In this document: positions 12,815-24,370 of the stretch, piece after piece
Layout: every line of letters starts with the position of its first letter
How positions within the stretch are numbered: the stretch's first letter is position 1
Assembly (NCBI RefSeq): GCF_963921235.1
Contig: NC_086108.1
Span: 87,732,001-87,796,000, forward strand
DNA length: 64,000 nucleotides
Reading direction: 5' to 3'
DNA from: Mobula hypostoma
Taxonomy: Eukaryota
Position numbers and translations under genes: made by a program
The notes under the pieces: generated by a model
Database searches by the model: none
Seen by the model: only the letters and a program-made list of their open reading frames with translations
Told to the model about the DNA's origin: nothing

Positions 12815-13283
12815 TTGGAAGGTTTACTAAGATGTTGCCGGGTCTTCAGGAGTTGAGTTACAGGGAAAGATTTAACAGGTTAGGACTTTATTCCTTGGAG
12901 CATAGAAGAATGAGGGGAGATTTGATAGAGGTTTACAAAATTATGAGGAGTATAGACAGAGTAAATGTGAACAGGCTCTTTAGATTAGGAGAGATAAATA
13001 TGAGAGGACATGGCTTTAGGGTGAAAGGGGAAAGGTTTAGGGGAACATTAGGGGGAACTTCTTCACTCAGAGAGTGGTGGGAATGTGGAACCGGCTGCCA
13101 TCTGACGTGGTAAATGCGGGCTCACTCTTAAGTTTTAAGAATAAATTGGATAGGTACATGGATGGGAGAGGTCTGGAGGGTTACGGACTGGGTGCAGGTC
13201 AATGGGACTAGTGGAATAAAGTTTCGGCACAGACTAGAAGGGCCAAATGGCCTGTTTTCTGTGCTGTAGTGTTCTATAGTTCT
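12815..13283 (+). mobile_element. CR1 LINE 3' fragment
   Basis: RFTKMLPGLQELSYRER...RGDLIEVYKIM; TTCTATAGTTCTA tail. Confidence 0.85.
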
Positions 13284-13420
13284 AACTCAGCAGGCCAGAC
13301 AGCATCTATGGGCTGAAACATCAACAGTACTTTTTTCCATTGATGCTGTCTGGCCTACTGAGTTCCTCCAGCATTTTGTGTGTGTGGCTCATATTTCTAA
13401 CATCTGCAGATTTTCTCTTC
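13284..13420. repeat. Penelope-derived palindromic element (internally deleted)
   Basis: Inverted arms ACTCAGCAGGCCAGACAGCATC / GATGCTGTCTGGCCTACTGAGT. Confidence 0.6.
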
Positions 13421-13470
13421 TTTGTGATCTGATTAAGTGCTGCAAAAAAATGCTCTTGAATCATAGTTTC

Positions 13471-13542
13471 TTGCAGTTTCTGACAGTGATCAGAATTGAT
13501 CACGCATTGCAGTTTCTGACAGTGATCAGAATTGATCACGCA
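13471..13542. repeat. Perfect 36-bp tandem duplication
   Basis: TTGCAGTTTCTGACAGTGATCAGAATTGATCACGCA occurs twice in tandem. Confidence 0.95.
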
Positions 13543-13970
13543 TTAGTACTTTAAAACATTCCTTTTGTTTTACCTGTTATGTGCGTTAGACATCACTACT
13601 TCATCAGTCATCAAATGCCTGTTAAGCTGATAGCATTTAGGGCAGCTTTTTTGCAGTTCTGTAACAATTTCTTTTTGAGCAGTTAGAGTTGTTAGCCCTG
13701 AGCTGAACCCCCTGAACCTGGAGGACTTGTGGACCACTCTTAGTCTGGCCTCTGCCCTTTGACCTGTTTGGCATGGGTGACACTACCAAGAGACAAAGCA
13801 CAGGCCCTGAATCCAGCCAACATAGATCTCTGGGTCATGCCTCTAAACTGTACAAGGTTGTAGTCCTCTTGGAGGACATCACTTGTTAAGCCATCAATTA
13901 CGGCTCACTAATGATGAGTGTTTTGCTGGCCATGTAATAAAACAATTAAGAGTCAACCAAGTGTGCTATA

Positions 13971-14940
13971 CTCATAGTCATACTTTATTGATCCCAAGGG
14001 AAATTGGTTTTCGTTACAGTTGCACCTTAAATAATTAAATAGTGATAAAACCATAAATAATTAAATAGTAATATGTAAATTATGACAGGAAATAAGTCCA
14101 GGACCAGCCTATTGGCTCAGGGTGTCTGACCCTCCAAGGGAAGAGTTGTAAAGTCCGATGGCCACAGGCAGGAATGACTTCCTATGACACTCTGTGTTGC
14201 ATCTCGGTGGAATGAGTCTCTGGCCGAATGTACTCCTGTGCCCAACCAGTCCATTATGTAGTGGATGGGAGACATTGACCAAAATGGCATGCAACTTAGA
14301 CAGCATCCTCTTTTCAGACACCACCGTCAGAGAGTCCAGTTCCATCCCCACAACATCACTGGCCTTACAGATGGGTTTGTTGATTCTGTTGGTGTCTGCT
14401 ATCCTCAGCCTGCTGCCCCAGCACACAACAGCAAACATGATCGCACTGGCCACCACAGACTCGTAGAACATCCTCAGCATCGTCCGACAGATGTTAAAGG
14501 ACCTCAGTCTCCTCAGAAAATAGAGACAGCTCTGATCCTTCTTTGAGACAGCCTCAGTGTTCTTTGACCAGTCCAGTTATTGTCAATTCGTATCCCCAGG
14601 TATTTGTAATCCTCCATCATGTCCACACTGACCCCCTGGATGGAAACAGGGGTCTCCGGTGCCTTAGCCCTCCTCACATCTACCACCAGCTCCTTAGTCT
14701 TTTTCACATTAAGCTGCAGATAATTCTGCTCACACCATGTGACAAAGTTTCCTACCGTAGCCCTGTACTCAGCCTCATCTCCCTTGCTGATGCATCCAAC
14801 TATGGCAGAGTCATCAGAAAACTTCTGAAGATGACAAGACTCTGTGCGGTTGTTGAAGTCCGAGGTGTAAATGGTGAAGAGAAAGGGAGACAAGACAGTC
14901 CCCTGTGGAGCCCCAGTGCTGCTGATCACTCTGTCTGGGA
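13971..14940 (-). mobile_element. Rex1/Babar-clade LINE, 5'-truncated RT region
   Basis: GAPQGTVLSPFLF, KFSDDSAIVG, LNVKKTKELVVD; AATAAA plus (ACTATG)n tail. Confidence 0.88.
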
Positions 14941-16057
14941 CTAGGTACATGCTGTATCAGGGAAAACGCCTTCCAAAGGGTTTTTATAAAGGTAGCTTCA
15001 AAATCACCAATGCAGTTATACTAAATAATTTCCATTTCAAAAGACTATTCAATTCAATGGAGTGAATCCATGCAGGCTTTTTCTGCTGAGGCTGGGTGAA
15101 AAGTACAATATTTAAGGGGAATCTGAGGTTGAAATTCTCAGTTGGTGCAACTGTAATGAAAACCAATTTCCCTCGGGATCAATAAAGTATGACTATGACT
15201 ATGAGATTCTTCATAGGGTAGTGTGAGTACGAAACGAGCTGCCAGGAAAAGTGGTTGATACAGGATCAATTGCAGCATTTAAGAGAAGTTTAGGGAGGTA
15301 CATGGATGAGAAGAGTATAGTGTGCTATAGTCAGCATGCAGATAGATGGGACTCGGCAGAAGACCAACTCAGCATGAACTAGATAGACTGAAGGGCCTGT
15401 TTCTATGCCGTAATTTATATATGACTCTATAACTAGGTATTACAGTGTTTTACACATTATAGCCTCCACAAAAATAGTCAGGAGTTTTTGTCTAGTAACA
15501 TAACTGATAGATGACCACAAACTCTCTACTGAGGGCGCAGTTAATTATTGATTAACAGAGACATGATAAATCACTAAGAGCTTGACTCTGTTTAGATTAA
15601 AGTGTGTATTTAGGAAATATTTGTTCAATCAAAATAGAATTGGCAAATATCTGAAAAATGTAACGTTTCTCCTTTTCTTCTGTGAAACTCAGAAATGGTA
15701 AGTTTACAAACTTAAACACATTCAGCTGGCATTTTGCTCCCTATATAGGAACTAAAGATTCCTATCATGTAGGTATCTATGGACTAGATCAATTTTAAAT
15801 AAGTACACAGGTAAATTTTGATTTTATATTTTCAGACACTCAATATCCACAAACAGTTCAATTTTTCCTCCAGTGCAATTTTTGTTGCATTTTGCAGAAT
15901 TTTTTGAAAGTAAATTTATTTTGCTCCTTGTCAGAGATTATGTAATTGGTTGTTAGTAAGTTCACAATCAATTGCCATGACATATTTTCCACAGAATTAA
16001 CATATTTCTTCAGAGATTGGGAAATATATTAGTTATATATATTTAACTGTACAATAC

Positions 16058-16187
16058 CGGTGTGGTAGATCCTGGAGGAATGTAGAATAATGGAACGCCA
16101 TTCTTCGTGCTTTCAGGGATGGTGTAGTGTTCAGGAATAGTGTTGAAGGATTTGAGATGTACCAACATCTGATCTGTCTGGTTAATA
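16058..16187 (-). CDS. SZT2: SZT2 coding exon 11 ([43 protein letters not shown])
   Basis: TAG acceptor and GTATT donor; 130 nt. Confidence 0.93.
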
Positions 16188-16357
16188 CTAAGCGAACATG
16201 AAAAAACAGACATCAGCCTTTTACTCTCAGAACACAATTCACTCTTTTTGTCCCTCTTTCTTCCTAACACAATTCAAAGCATTGTTCTGTTGCTTTGAAC
16301 AACAATGCTAAAACATTCAATTATTAAAACATTTCACATGTATTTCCATGTACTTAC

Positions 16358-16589
16358 CTCTGCAAGGTGGTCCAGAAACGACGGATAACTGTGGTGCGAT
16401 ATGGGCTGGTAATGGGTTTCTTCATAGTACAGCTAATATCATGGAGCATATCATAGCTGCCCTCCATTGTTACCTCCACCCAGGTCAAACGCTTGGTTGC
16501 ATCGAGGGGCCATGAGGCTACCACCAGATACTCAATTCTCATGTTGTGTTTCCAAAGAAGCACCAGCTTCACTTCTAGCTGAGTTCCAG
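16358..16589 (-). CDS. SZT2: SZT2 coding exon 10 ([20 protein letters not shown]...[10 protein letters not shown])
   Basis: TAG acceptor and GTAAG donor; 232 nt. Confidence 0.95.
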
Positions 16590-17283
16590 CTAAAATCAGA
16601 AAATGAATGTAAGGGAAAAAAATAAGTCACATCTACACATTAAAGGCTTTAAAACTGAGGCCCTGGAATCAGATGGTAATTGCCAGCAACCATATATACC
16701 TGGCTTAAGTTCAGAAGGTAGTAAGATAGGGCATTAGGCTCTTTTTCAAATTGAGGGATGATAGAACTCATGGTTGCTCAAGTTTCAGTACGAGGATTGC
16801 TGCTTTTTGGATGTACAGTATATAAATGCCTTGGATATCGGGATATTAAAAAAAATACAAAATTTGCCAACTATTTCCAAACTTGAAAATTTCATCAACT
16901 GTGAGGGTAATGCAGCTAGCAGAACAGGGAGGTATGGCAAATGGAATTTAGTATTGAAAAGTAGTGATGTATTTTGACAGAAAGGGTGGGGAGAAGCAAT
17001 GAAGACATTAACACAGTTCAAAGTGCGTACCGGAACACACAGACCTAGGAGCATTGTCTGCTCCACCATTTGATCACAGCCCTCTCAACCCCATTCTCCT
17101 GCTTTCTCCCCACACACTTTGATGCCTTAATAATCAAGAACCTATCAGCCTCCTCTTTAAATATAGCTAATGACTTGACTTCCACAACTGTCTGTGGCAT
17201 GGAATTTCAGATTCACCACACTTTGGCTAAGGAAATTCAAGTCAAGTGAGGAAGGTTTACTGTCATTTAACTATATACATGTA

Positions 17284-19467
17284 TAGTTGAAAGAAAGTTT
17301 GTGAATCCTTTGTAATTACCTGGTTTTCTGCATTAATTACTCATAAAACATGGTCTGATCTGCATCTAAGTCACAATAACAGACAAACATAATCTGCCTA
17401 AATTAGTAACACACAAACAATTGTACTTCTTCTCATCAATACTGACTACACCAATTAAACAATCTCAGTCCAGGTTCAAAATAGTATGTGAACCTCCAAG
17501 GTAATGCCTTCTACAAAAGTAATTTGGAGTCAGGTGTTCCAATCAATGAGTTAAGATTGGAGGAGTGGGTTGTAGAGGTGTCCTGCCCTATTAAAAAAAA
17601 TGACACACAAAGTCAGGTTACCGACAGAGCCTGTTCTTCTGAAAAAAGATCTGTTACGTGCACCATGCCAGGATCAAATCAACTTTCAGAGGACCTCAGA
17701 AGAATTGTAGAGATGAGTGAAGCTGGAAAAGGTTACAAAAGCATTTCTAAAGTCCTGAGTGTTCATCAGTCCACAATAAGAGAAATTGTCTACAAATGGG
17801 GGAAATTCAGTACTGTTGCTACTCTCCCTAGGAGTGGGCATTATAAAGATCACACCAAGAACACAACATGCAATGCTGAAGGAGGTAAAAAAAGAACCCA
17901 AGGATAACAGCAAAAGACCTGCAGAAATCCCTAGAACTTGCTAAAGTCTCTGCTCGTGTGTCCACTATAAGAAAAACACTAAACAAGAAGGGTGTTTATG
18001 GGAGGACACCATGGAGGAAACCACTGCTCTCCAAAAAGAAAAACATTGCTGCTCATCTCAAGTTTGTAAAAGACCACCTGGATGTCCCACAATCTGGGCC
18101 AATATTCTGTGGACAGATGAGACAAAAGTTGAACTTTTTGGCAGAAATGTACACCGCTATGTTTGAAGCAAAAAAGGCACTGCAAACCAACACCAGAACA
18201 TCATCCCAACTGTGAAGCACGGTAGAAGGAGCATCCTGGTTTGGGACTGTTTAGCTGCCTCAGGGCCTGGACGGCTTACAATCGTTGAGGGAGCCATGAA
18301 TTAAAATTGCATCAAGATATTTGACAGGAGAATATCCAGGAAGCAGTTCATCACTTGAAGCTTAATAGAATTTGGATGATGCAACAAGACAATGATCCGA
18401 AGAGTAAGTCAACAGATTGGTTTAAAAAGAAGAAAGTTTTGGAATGGCCAAGTCAGAGTCCAGACCTTAACCAAATTGAAATGCTGTGGCTTGACCTGAA
18501 AGAAGGCTGTTCATGCAAAGTATCCCATAAATATTGATGAACTGAAACAGTTCTATATGAAGCAATGGTCTAAAATTCCTCCTTGCTATTGTGCAAGTCT
18601 AATCAGCAGCTACAAGAAACGTTTGGTGGAGGTTATTGCTGCTAAAGAAAGTTTTACCAGTTAATAAATACAAGAGTTCACATACGTTTTCCAGCCCGGA
18701 CTGCAAATGATTAAACAATGTGTTCAATAAAGACATGAAAAGTACAATTGTTTGTGTGTTATTAGTTTAGGCAGGTTCCTTAAGGTTATCTGGGGGTGGT
18801 AATGGGGACAACCTCCCACTACTTATTAAATGCTCCCAATGGCATGTGTCTCAAATAGCCTCTGACAATCAAGTCCAGCTCCTGGACTTCATGTGTGGCT
18901 TAGCTACTAAGCCCGGCAGAACAGTTTCTACTGACAGGACAAGGGGCAAAGGCATTTTACTGACACCTTAAAACCAACTGCTTCGGGCAGATGGGGCTCG
19001 TCTGCTATGGTTGGCAGCTCATCTAGGCTATAGATGACAAAACCTGTGATCTCACTGCCTTGTGGCTATACCCACTCATGGGGAAAGCTTTGGGAGTAAA
19101 CCCAGAAGGAAGAATCCAGACCTGGAGCCCCTAAGGCAATTCTACGTTAAGTACAGCGCTGACTGGCAATTCCTCCGACACTGCTGGTACCAAACTGCAT
19201 TGGTCTCCACCATTCCTTTGGGCTCATCAGATGACTGGAGTGGTAGAGCTTGCTACATGAGCAACAGCTTACTCCCCATATCGTACTGCCCAGGCTTGAG
19301 TATCTTGACAGCTAGGTGGTTGACCCTGACTGATGAAGGCCTCACTCACTCAGTTTAAGCAGACTGTGTTTGTCTATTATTGTCACTTAAATGAAGATCA
19401 GACCATGAGTAATTAATGGAGAAAAGCTGGTAATTGCAAAGGGTTCACAGACTTTTTCCTGCAACTA
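17284..19467 (+). mobile_element. Defective Tc1-family transposon (second family) with an insertion in its right TIR
   Basis: TA flanks; TIRs TAGTTG.A.GAAA...TGTGAA.CC; transposase remnants [45 protein letters not shown]. Confidence 0.9.
18775..19351 (+). mobile_element. Non-autonomous retroelement (RTE-related SINE-like) inserted in the Tc1 TIR
   Basis: Interrupts the TIR; 11-bp TSD AGTTTAGGCAG/AGTTTAAGCAG; (CACT)n 3' tail. The RTE assignment is inference. Confidence 0.65.
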
Positions 19468-20382
19468 TATACTGTCGAATGAAACAGCATTCCTCTGGAC
19501 CACGGTATAAAGCACTGTAGTACACATAACACACAATATTCCTCTTTGTCTCTGTTGTAAAGTGACATCCTCGTATTCTAGCCCTCTGATCCTCAACTCC
19601 CCCAGTATTGCAAACATACTCTCCACACTGATTATATCTTGGCCTTTCAATAGGTTTCAATGTGATCCCCTTTCATTCTTCTAAACTCCAGTGAGTATAG
19701 GCCCAGAGGCATCAAACCTTTGGTTGGAGTAGCTTTGTTAAGTAAATGCATTTTGTAATTCATATATAGTGACGGGAAGAAATACTTAGATTTTTGAACC
19801 AGGGATCAATTAAGTGGGCTACCTTGTCATTGATGGCATTGAGGTTGTTGCCAGGCAGGCAGAGAGTATGCCATCACAATCCAACATATCTCCTGATGTC
19901 TTGGCTTCACAGAACAAGGGCAAGAATTAAAATGAATTGAATTGATTCCCTAACATAACAAAATCTTACTCAAGATCGTTGGATTAAGAAGAGAAAATGG
20001 ACAAAAAAATTAAAATTCAGATTATTTGCCGGGAAAAAAGCAAGGTTTCAATCTTTTCAACACACTGATATTTTATGATGTGCTAGATGAAAACCATATC
20101 TTTCTATAGCTGAATCACAAAGTCATAACTTCTTGATCAGAACAGCCTTCATCAACTCATTGAGTTGAAGACAAACTCAGCAGATCTCAAATGTGAAGTC
20201 CAACTCAATGAGTTTTGCCTTGACAATGGCAGCACACATCTATGATCATACCACCACAAATTCTTCCTGCACTCCCAACACACAAAGTCACACAAATCAA
20301 TCTATGCCATCCTGTTCCTCTACTGTATCTTGTCAAGCCAATGCCTTCTATGATGGTTTGACCTTTAACAGTGTTTATTTAC

Positions 20383-20553
20383 CTTTCGTGATATTAAGTT
20401 CCTTCACAGTGTAGCCCTCCCGCAATCTTACAGACACTACACTGGTAAGGTCTGCGTGCACCTCATTCTCAGCATGTTTCTTTCGTCTCATGGCCAGGGC
20501 AGGATTACTACTGGCAGACACTAGGTGTTCATTGAACAGTTTGTGCTGAGACA
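20383..20553 (-). CDS. SZT2: SZT2 coding exon 9 ([26 protein letters not shown]...[13 protein letters not shown])
   Basis: TAG acceptor and GTAAA donor; 171 nt. Confidence 0.93.
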
Positions 20554-20649
20554 CTAGGTTTAAAGAGATAAAAAAACAAATCAGAACAAAATGACAAATT
20601 CCTAACAGAATTAGCAAATACCCTAAAAAACCTCTGCCGATATACTTGC

Positions 20650-20860
20650 CACAGTAATACTCTGGGTTCATGGACTCTCCGGTTCTCAAGAAGCTGTACA
20701 ACAGGAACGCTTTGTGATATGCATTCATGTTCAGGCTACTTTCAGTAATTTCTGGGCATGTAGACATATAAGAGCCAAATGTCGCCATGGCAATGAACTT
20801 CATTAGTTCCAAGTTTGGTACATAACCAAAGCTGCAGTCATAGGAGTACACACCTCCAAC
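20650..20860 (-). CDS. SZT2: SZT2 coding exon 8 ([31 protein letters not shown]...NPEYYC)
   Basis: TAG acceptor; non-canonical GCAAGT donor; 211 nt. Confidence 0.92.
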
Positions 20861-20948
20861 CTACAAAGAGGAAAGCAATGTTTATACCACACATAAGCAG
20901 CCAACCATACTGAGGTCAAAAACATCAGTTTGAATAAAAAAGGGTCAC

Positions 20949-21055
20949 CTGTATAAAGGAACAGGCAATCATGCCACAGCGTAGCTGGTTTAACAGTGTT
21001 TCACATACTCCAATATCGGGTACACTTGTTACACCATCAGTAATGATTATTATAC
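20949..21055 (-). CDS. SZT2: SZT2 coding exon 7 ([35 protein letters not shown])
   Basis: CAG acceptor and GTGAC donor; 107 nt. Confidence 0.94.
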
Positions 21056-21676
21056 CTGCAAAAGAAGCAAGTCCAATCAGTGGGAACACTAGAAGAACAA
21101 TGCACTGATGTCACACAGATCAACTGCAAAAAACTATGACATAATATTATTTTAAACTATTATTTTGCTTTTCATTTAAGTTCATGATTCAGGCAAATTT
21201 CATTACTAGATGAATGGCTAACTGTAATGGTCAAAAAATTTCACAATAACAAAAACAAAACAAAAACATAGGGAAGCCACCACATTTTAATTCAGCTAGA
21301 ATTAATCTAGGAGGCTGTTTCCTGTTCAAATATCAATTCATTGTTCACCTAATGGAAAATTAGCAATAGCCATTCAACAAGAGCAAAGAGAGCTGAATTT
21401 CTCTACCACAAATATGAAATGTCCTCTTCCCCATTGAGGATTTGAGGATACATTAAATTTAAGAGATTCTACCAGTATTTATTTTTGCTGCTGTTCTGTT
21501 CTTCAGGTTTCCTCTCACCCGTGAACCATTTCCTCATTGTCAATCTATCTTCATTCCTGGCATTCTTCAGCCATAGTTATTTAAACATACAGAGATTGCT
21601 CCACCCGTCCAACATGGCTGTATCAATGGAAATCCAAAGCTGTACCATTCAACCATTCTGGTATGTCACTACAATG

Positions 21677-22222
21677 CACTCTGTGGCCACTATTAGACAC
21701 CTCCCGTATCTAATAAAGTGGCTACAGAGTGCATGTCCATGGCCTTCTGCTGCTGTAGCACATCCACTTCAAGGTCTGAAGTGCTGTGCATTCAGAGATG
21801 CTCCTCTGCACACCACTGTTGTAACATGTAGTTATTTGAGTTGCTGCCACCTTCCAGTTAGCTTGAAATATTCTAGCCATTCTCCTCCGACCTTTCTCAT
21901 AAATGAGGCATTTTCGCTGATACACGGAATGCTGCTCACTGGATGGTTTTTGTTTTATGCACCACTCTCTGTAAATTCCAGGGACTGTTGTGCGTGAAAA
22001 TCCCAGGAGGTCAGCAGTTTCCAAGATACTCAAACTAGTCATTCCACAGTCAAAGTCACTTAAATCACATTTCTCACCTATTCTGTCTGGTCTGCATAAC
22101 AAGTGAACCTCTTGACCAAGTCTGCCTGCTTTATGCATTGAGTTGCTGCCACATGATTGGCTGAACAGATATTTACACTAATGAACAGGTATACAGTTGT
22201 ACCTAATAAAGTGGCCATTGAG
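21677..22222 (-). mobile_element. Non-autonomous Tc1-like element (same family as 4434-4971, opposite orientation)
   Basis: GEKCDLSDFDCGM..LETADLLGFSRTT remnant; GTGGCCAC.TTATTAG TIRs. Confidence 0.85.
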
Positions 22223-22433
22223 TATATACAAACATCCAGAGATTGTCCCACCCTCCAAATAGGCCTGTAACAATGGAAATTCAAGATTGTGTACCATTCA
22301 ACCACTCTGGTATGTAGCTGAAATATATCAAATGGTTGAGATCTGGGACAAACAACAGGATTTAGAGGCAGCAATAGATTGTTTCAGGATTTAAACACCA
22401 GCTAATAAGACACATTACTACCAAAATACTAAC

Positions 22434-22596
22434 CCGCACTAGAGTTGGATGGCAGTAACTGAAGAGCAAGAATGCCATTGCGGATCATGTTGACAAGGCC
22501 CATATCAGATGTTACCATGGAAAAAGCTATCTTCCGTGAAGAATGATCATAAAGAACATCAGCAGTATCACCTTGGGATAAAGTCGTCCGATCAGA
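22434..22596 (-). CDS. SZT2: SZT2 coding exon 6 (SDRTTLSQG...[29 protein letters not shown])
   Basis: CAG acceptor and GTTAGT donor; 163 nt; [14 protein letters not shown] motif. Confidence 0.92.
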
Positions 22597-22954
22597 CTGC
22601 AATTACAAGACAAAATTGGTAAATTTATTTTTAAAAAAAGAAAATTAGTTAAATATAAGCAAAAGAAGGATTAAAGACCTCTGCAATCAAAACTTATTTG
22701 TAATCTTGCAGGGCAATTCTATGCACTATCTTCCCTGTGGCAAAAGTGCCTGCTCTGAAGTACATCCTTCACAGATCTGAGATTGAGTTCAACGTAGTTA
22801 AACAACCAGAGTAATCTGGAAGCCTGGACTAAAAATCCAGAAATACTACTTCAAAGCAAATCGCCACCATGGTGAAACATATATTCACTTACTATTATGA
22901 AATATACAAAACAAAAGCAATCCAGTGACTACAAAGTAAGGTGTTAACAAAAAG

Positions 22955-23778
22955 ACATTGATAGGATGCAAAACTGGGCTGAGAAGTGGAACCCAGATAA
23001 GTGTGAAGTAGCTCATTTTGGTAGGTCAAATATGATGGCAGAATATAGCATTAATGGTAAGACTCTTGGCAGTGTGGAGGATCAGAGGGATCTTGGGGTC
23101 CAAGTCTACAGGACCCTCAAAGCAGATGTGCAGGTTAACTGGTTAAGAAGGTGTACGGTGTATTGCCCTTCATCAATAGTGGAACTGAATTGAGGAGCCG
23201 AGAGGTAATGTTGCAGTTATATAGGACCCTGGTTAGACCCTACTTGGAGTACTGTGCTCAGTTCTGGTCACCTCACCACAGGAAGGATGTGGAAGTCATT
23301 GAAAGGGTGCAGAGGAGATTTACAAGGATGTTGCCTGGATTGGGGAGCATGCCTTACGAGAATAGGTTGAGTGAACTCAGCCTTTTCTCCTTGGAGTGGC
23401 AGAGGATGAGAGGTGACTTGATAAAGGTGTGTAAGATGATGAGAGGCATTGATCGTGTGGATAGTTAGGCTTTTTCCCAGGGCTGAAATGGTTGCCACAA
23501 GAGGACACAGGTTTAAGGTGCTGGGGAGTAGGTTCAGAGGAGATGTGAGGGGTAAGTTTTTTTACTCAGAGAGTGGTGAATGCGTGGAATGGGCTGCCAG
23601 CAACAGTGGTGGAGGCGGATACGATAGGGTCTTTTAAGAGACTTTTAGAAAGGTACATGAAGCTCAGTAAAATAGAGGGCTATGGGTAAGCCCAGTAATT
23701 TCTAAGGGCGGGACATTTTCGGCACAACTCTGTGGGCCAAAGGGCCTGTATTGTGCTGTAGCTTTTCTACATTTCTAA
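22955..23778 (+). mobile_element. CR1 LINE family B, 5'-truncated
   Basis: ORFs 22966..23468 with CR1 C-terminal motifs; TTTCTAC tail. Confidence 0.9.
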
Positions 23779-24069
23779 AATCAATCTGGTTCACTAATGT
23801 CCTTTAGAAGATCCATTATCTCTATCAAGCCTGACCCACACATCACTGTGGTTGACTCCTGACTGTTGGACAACTATCATCAATACATTCAAACAGAAAA
23901 ATTATAAAAAATATCTAGGATAGATCAAGGTACTGAAGTGAGATGCAACAAAAAATGCTCTCATCCTAATAAACCTTGCAATATCCAACTCAGAGCATCT
24001 GGGGTACTGGTGATTCAGATTGGAAGAACTGGCAAGTAATTGACCTTCATGGAATCATACCTTGCACAG

Positions 24070-24370
24070 TCAGACAGCAGTAATAAATCTAGTAGAGCGG
24101 CTGCCTCACAGTTCCGAAGACCTGGGGTCAACCCTGACTGTGTGAAAGTTGCACGGATGATTCCTGAGTGCTCCAGTTTATTCCCAGCTCCAAAAGATGT
24201 GCGGGTTGGCCAGTTAATTGGCCAGTGAAAATTGCCTTTGGTGCGTACATGAGTGGTAGAATCTGGCAGGGTTGAATTATACAATGGGATTAACGTACTA
24301 TTAGTTTAAAATGGGTACTTGATAGTCGCTGTGGATTTGATGTGTTGAAGGGCCTCTTTCAAAGCTGTAT
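24070..24370 (+). mobile_element. V-SINE/HE1-like tRNA-derived SINE
   Basis: AGCGGCTGCCTCACAG..GACCTGGGGTCAACCC head and TGCTCCAGTTT.TTCCC..CCAAAAGATGTGCGGGTT core. Confidence 0.65.

Noticed and set aside
13971..15203. Inverted ~55-bp repeats that could be TIRs of a 1.2-kb element
   Set aside because: Both are Rex1-like 3' tails inserted independently; the second sits within a CR1 fragment with its own short duplication.
20375..20851. 158-aa ORF as a standalone gene
   Set aside because: It is SZT2 exons 8 and 9 read through the 96-nt intron.
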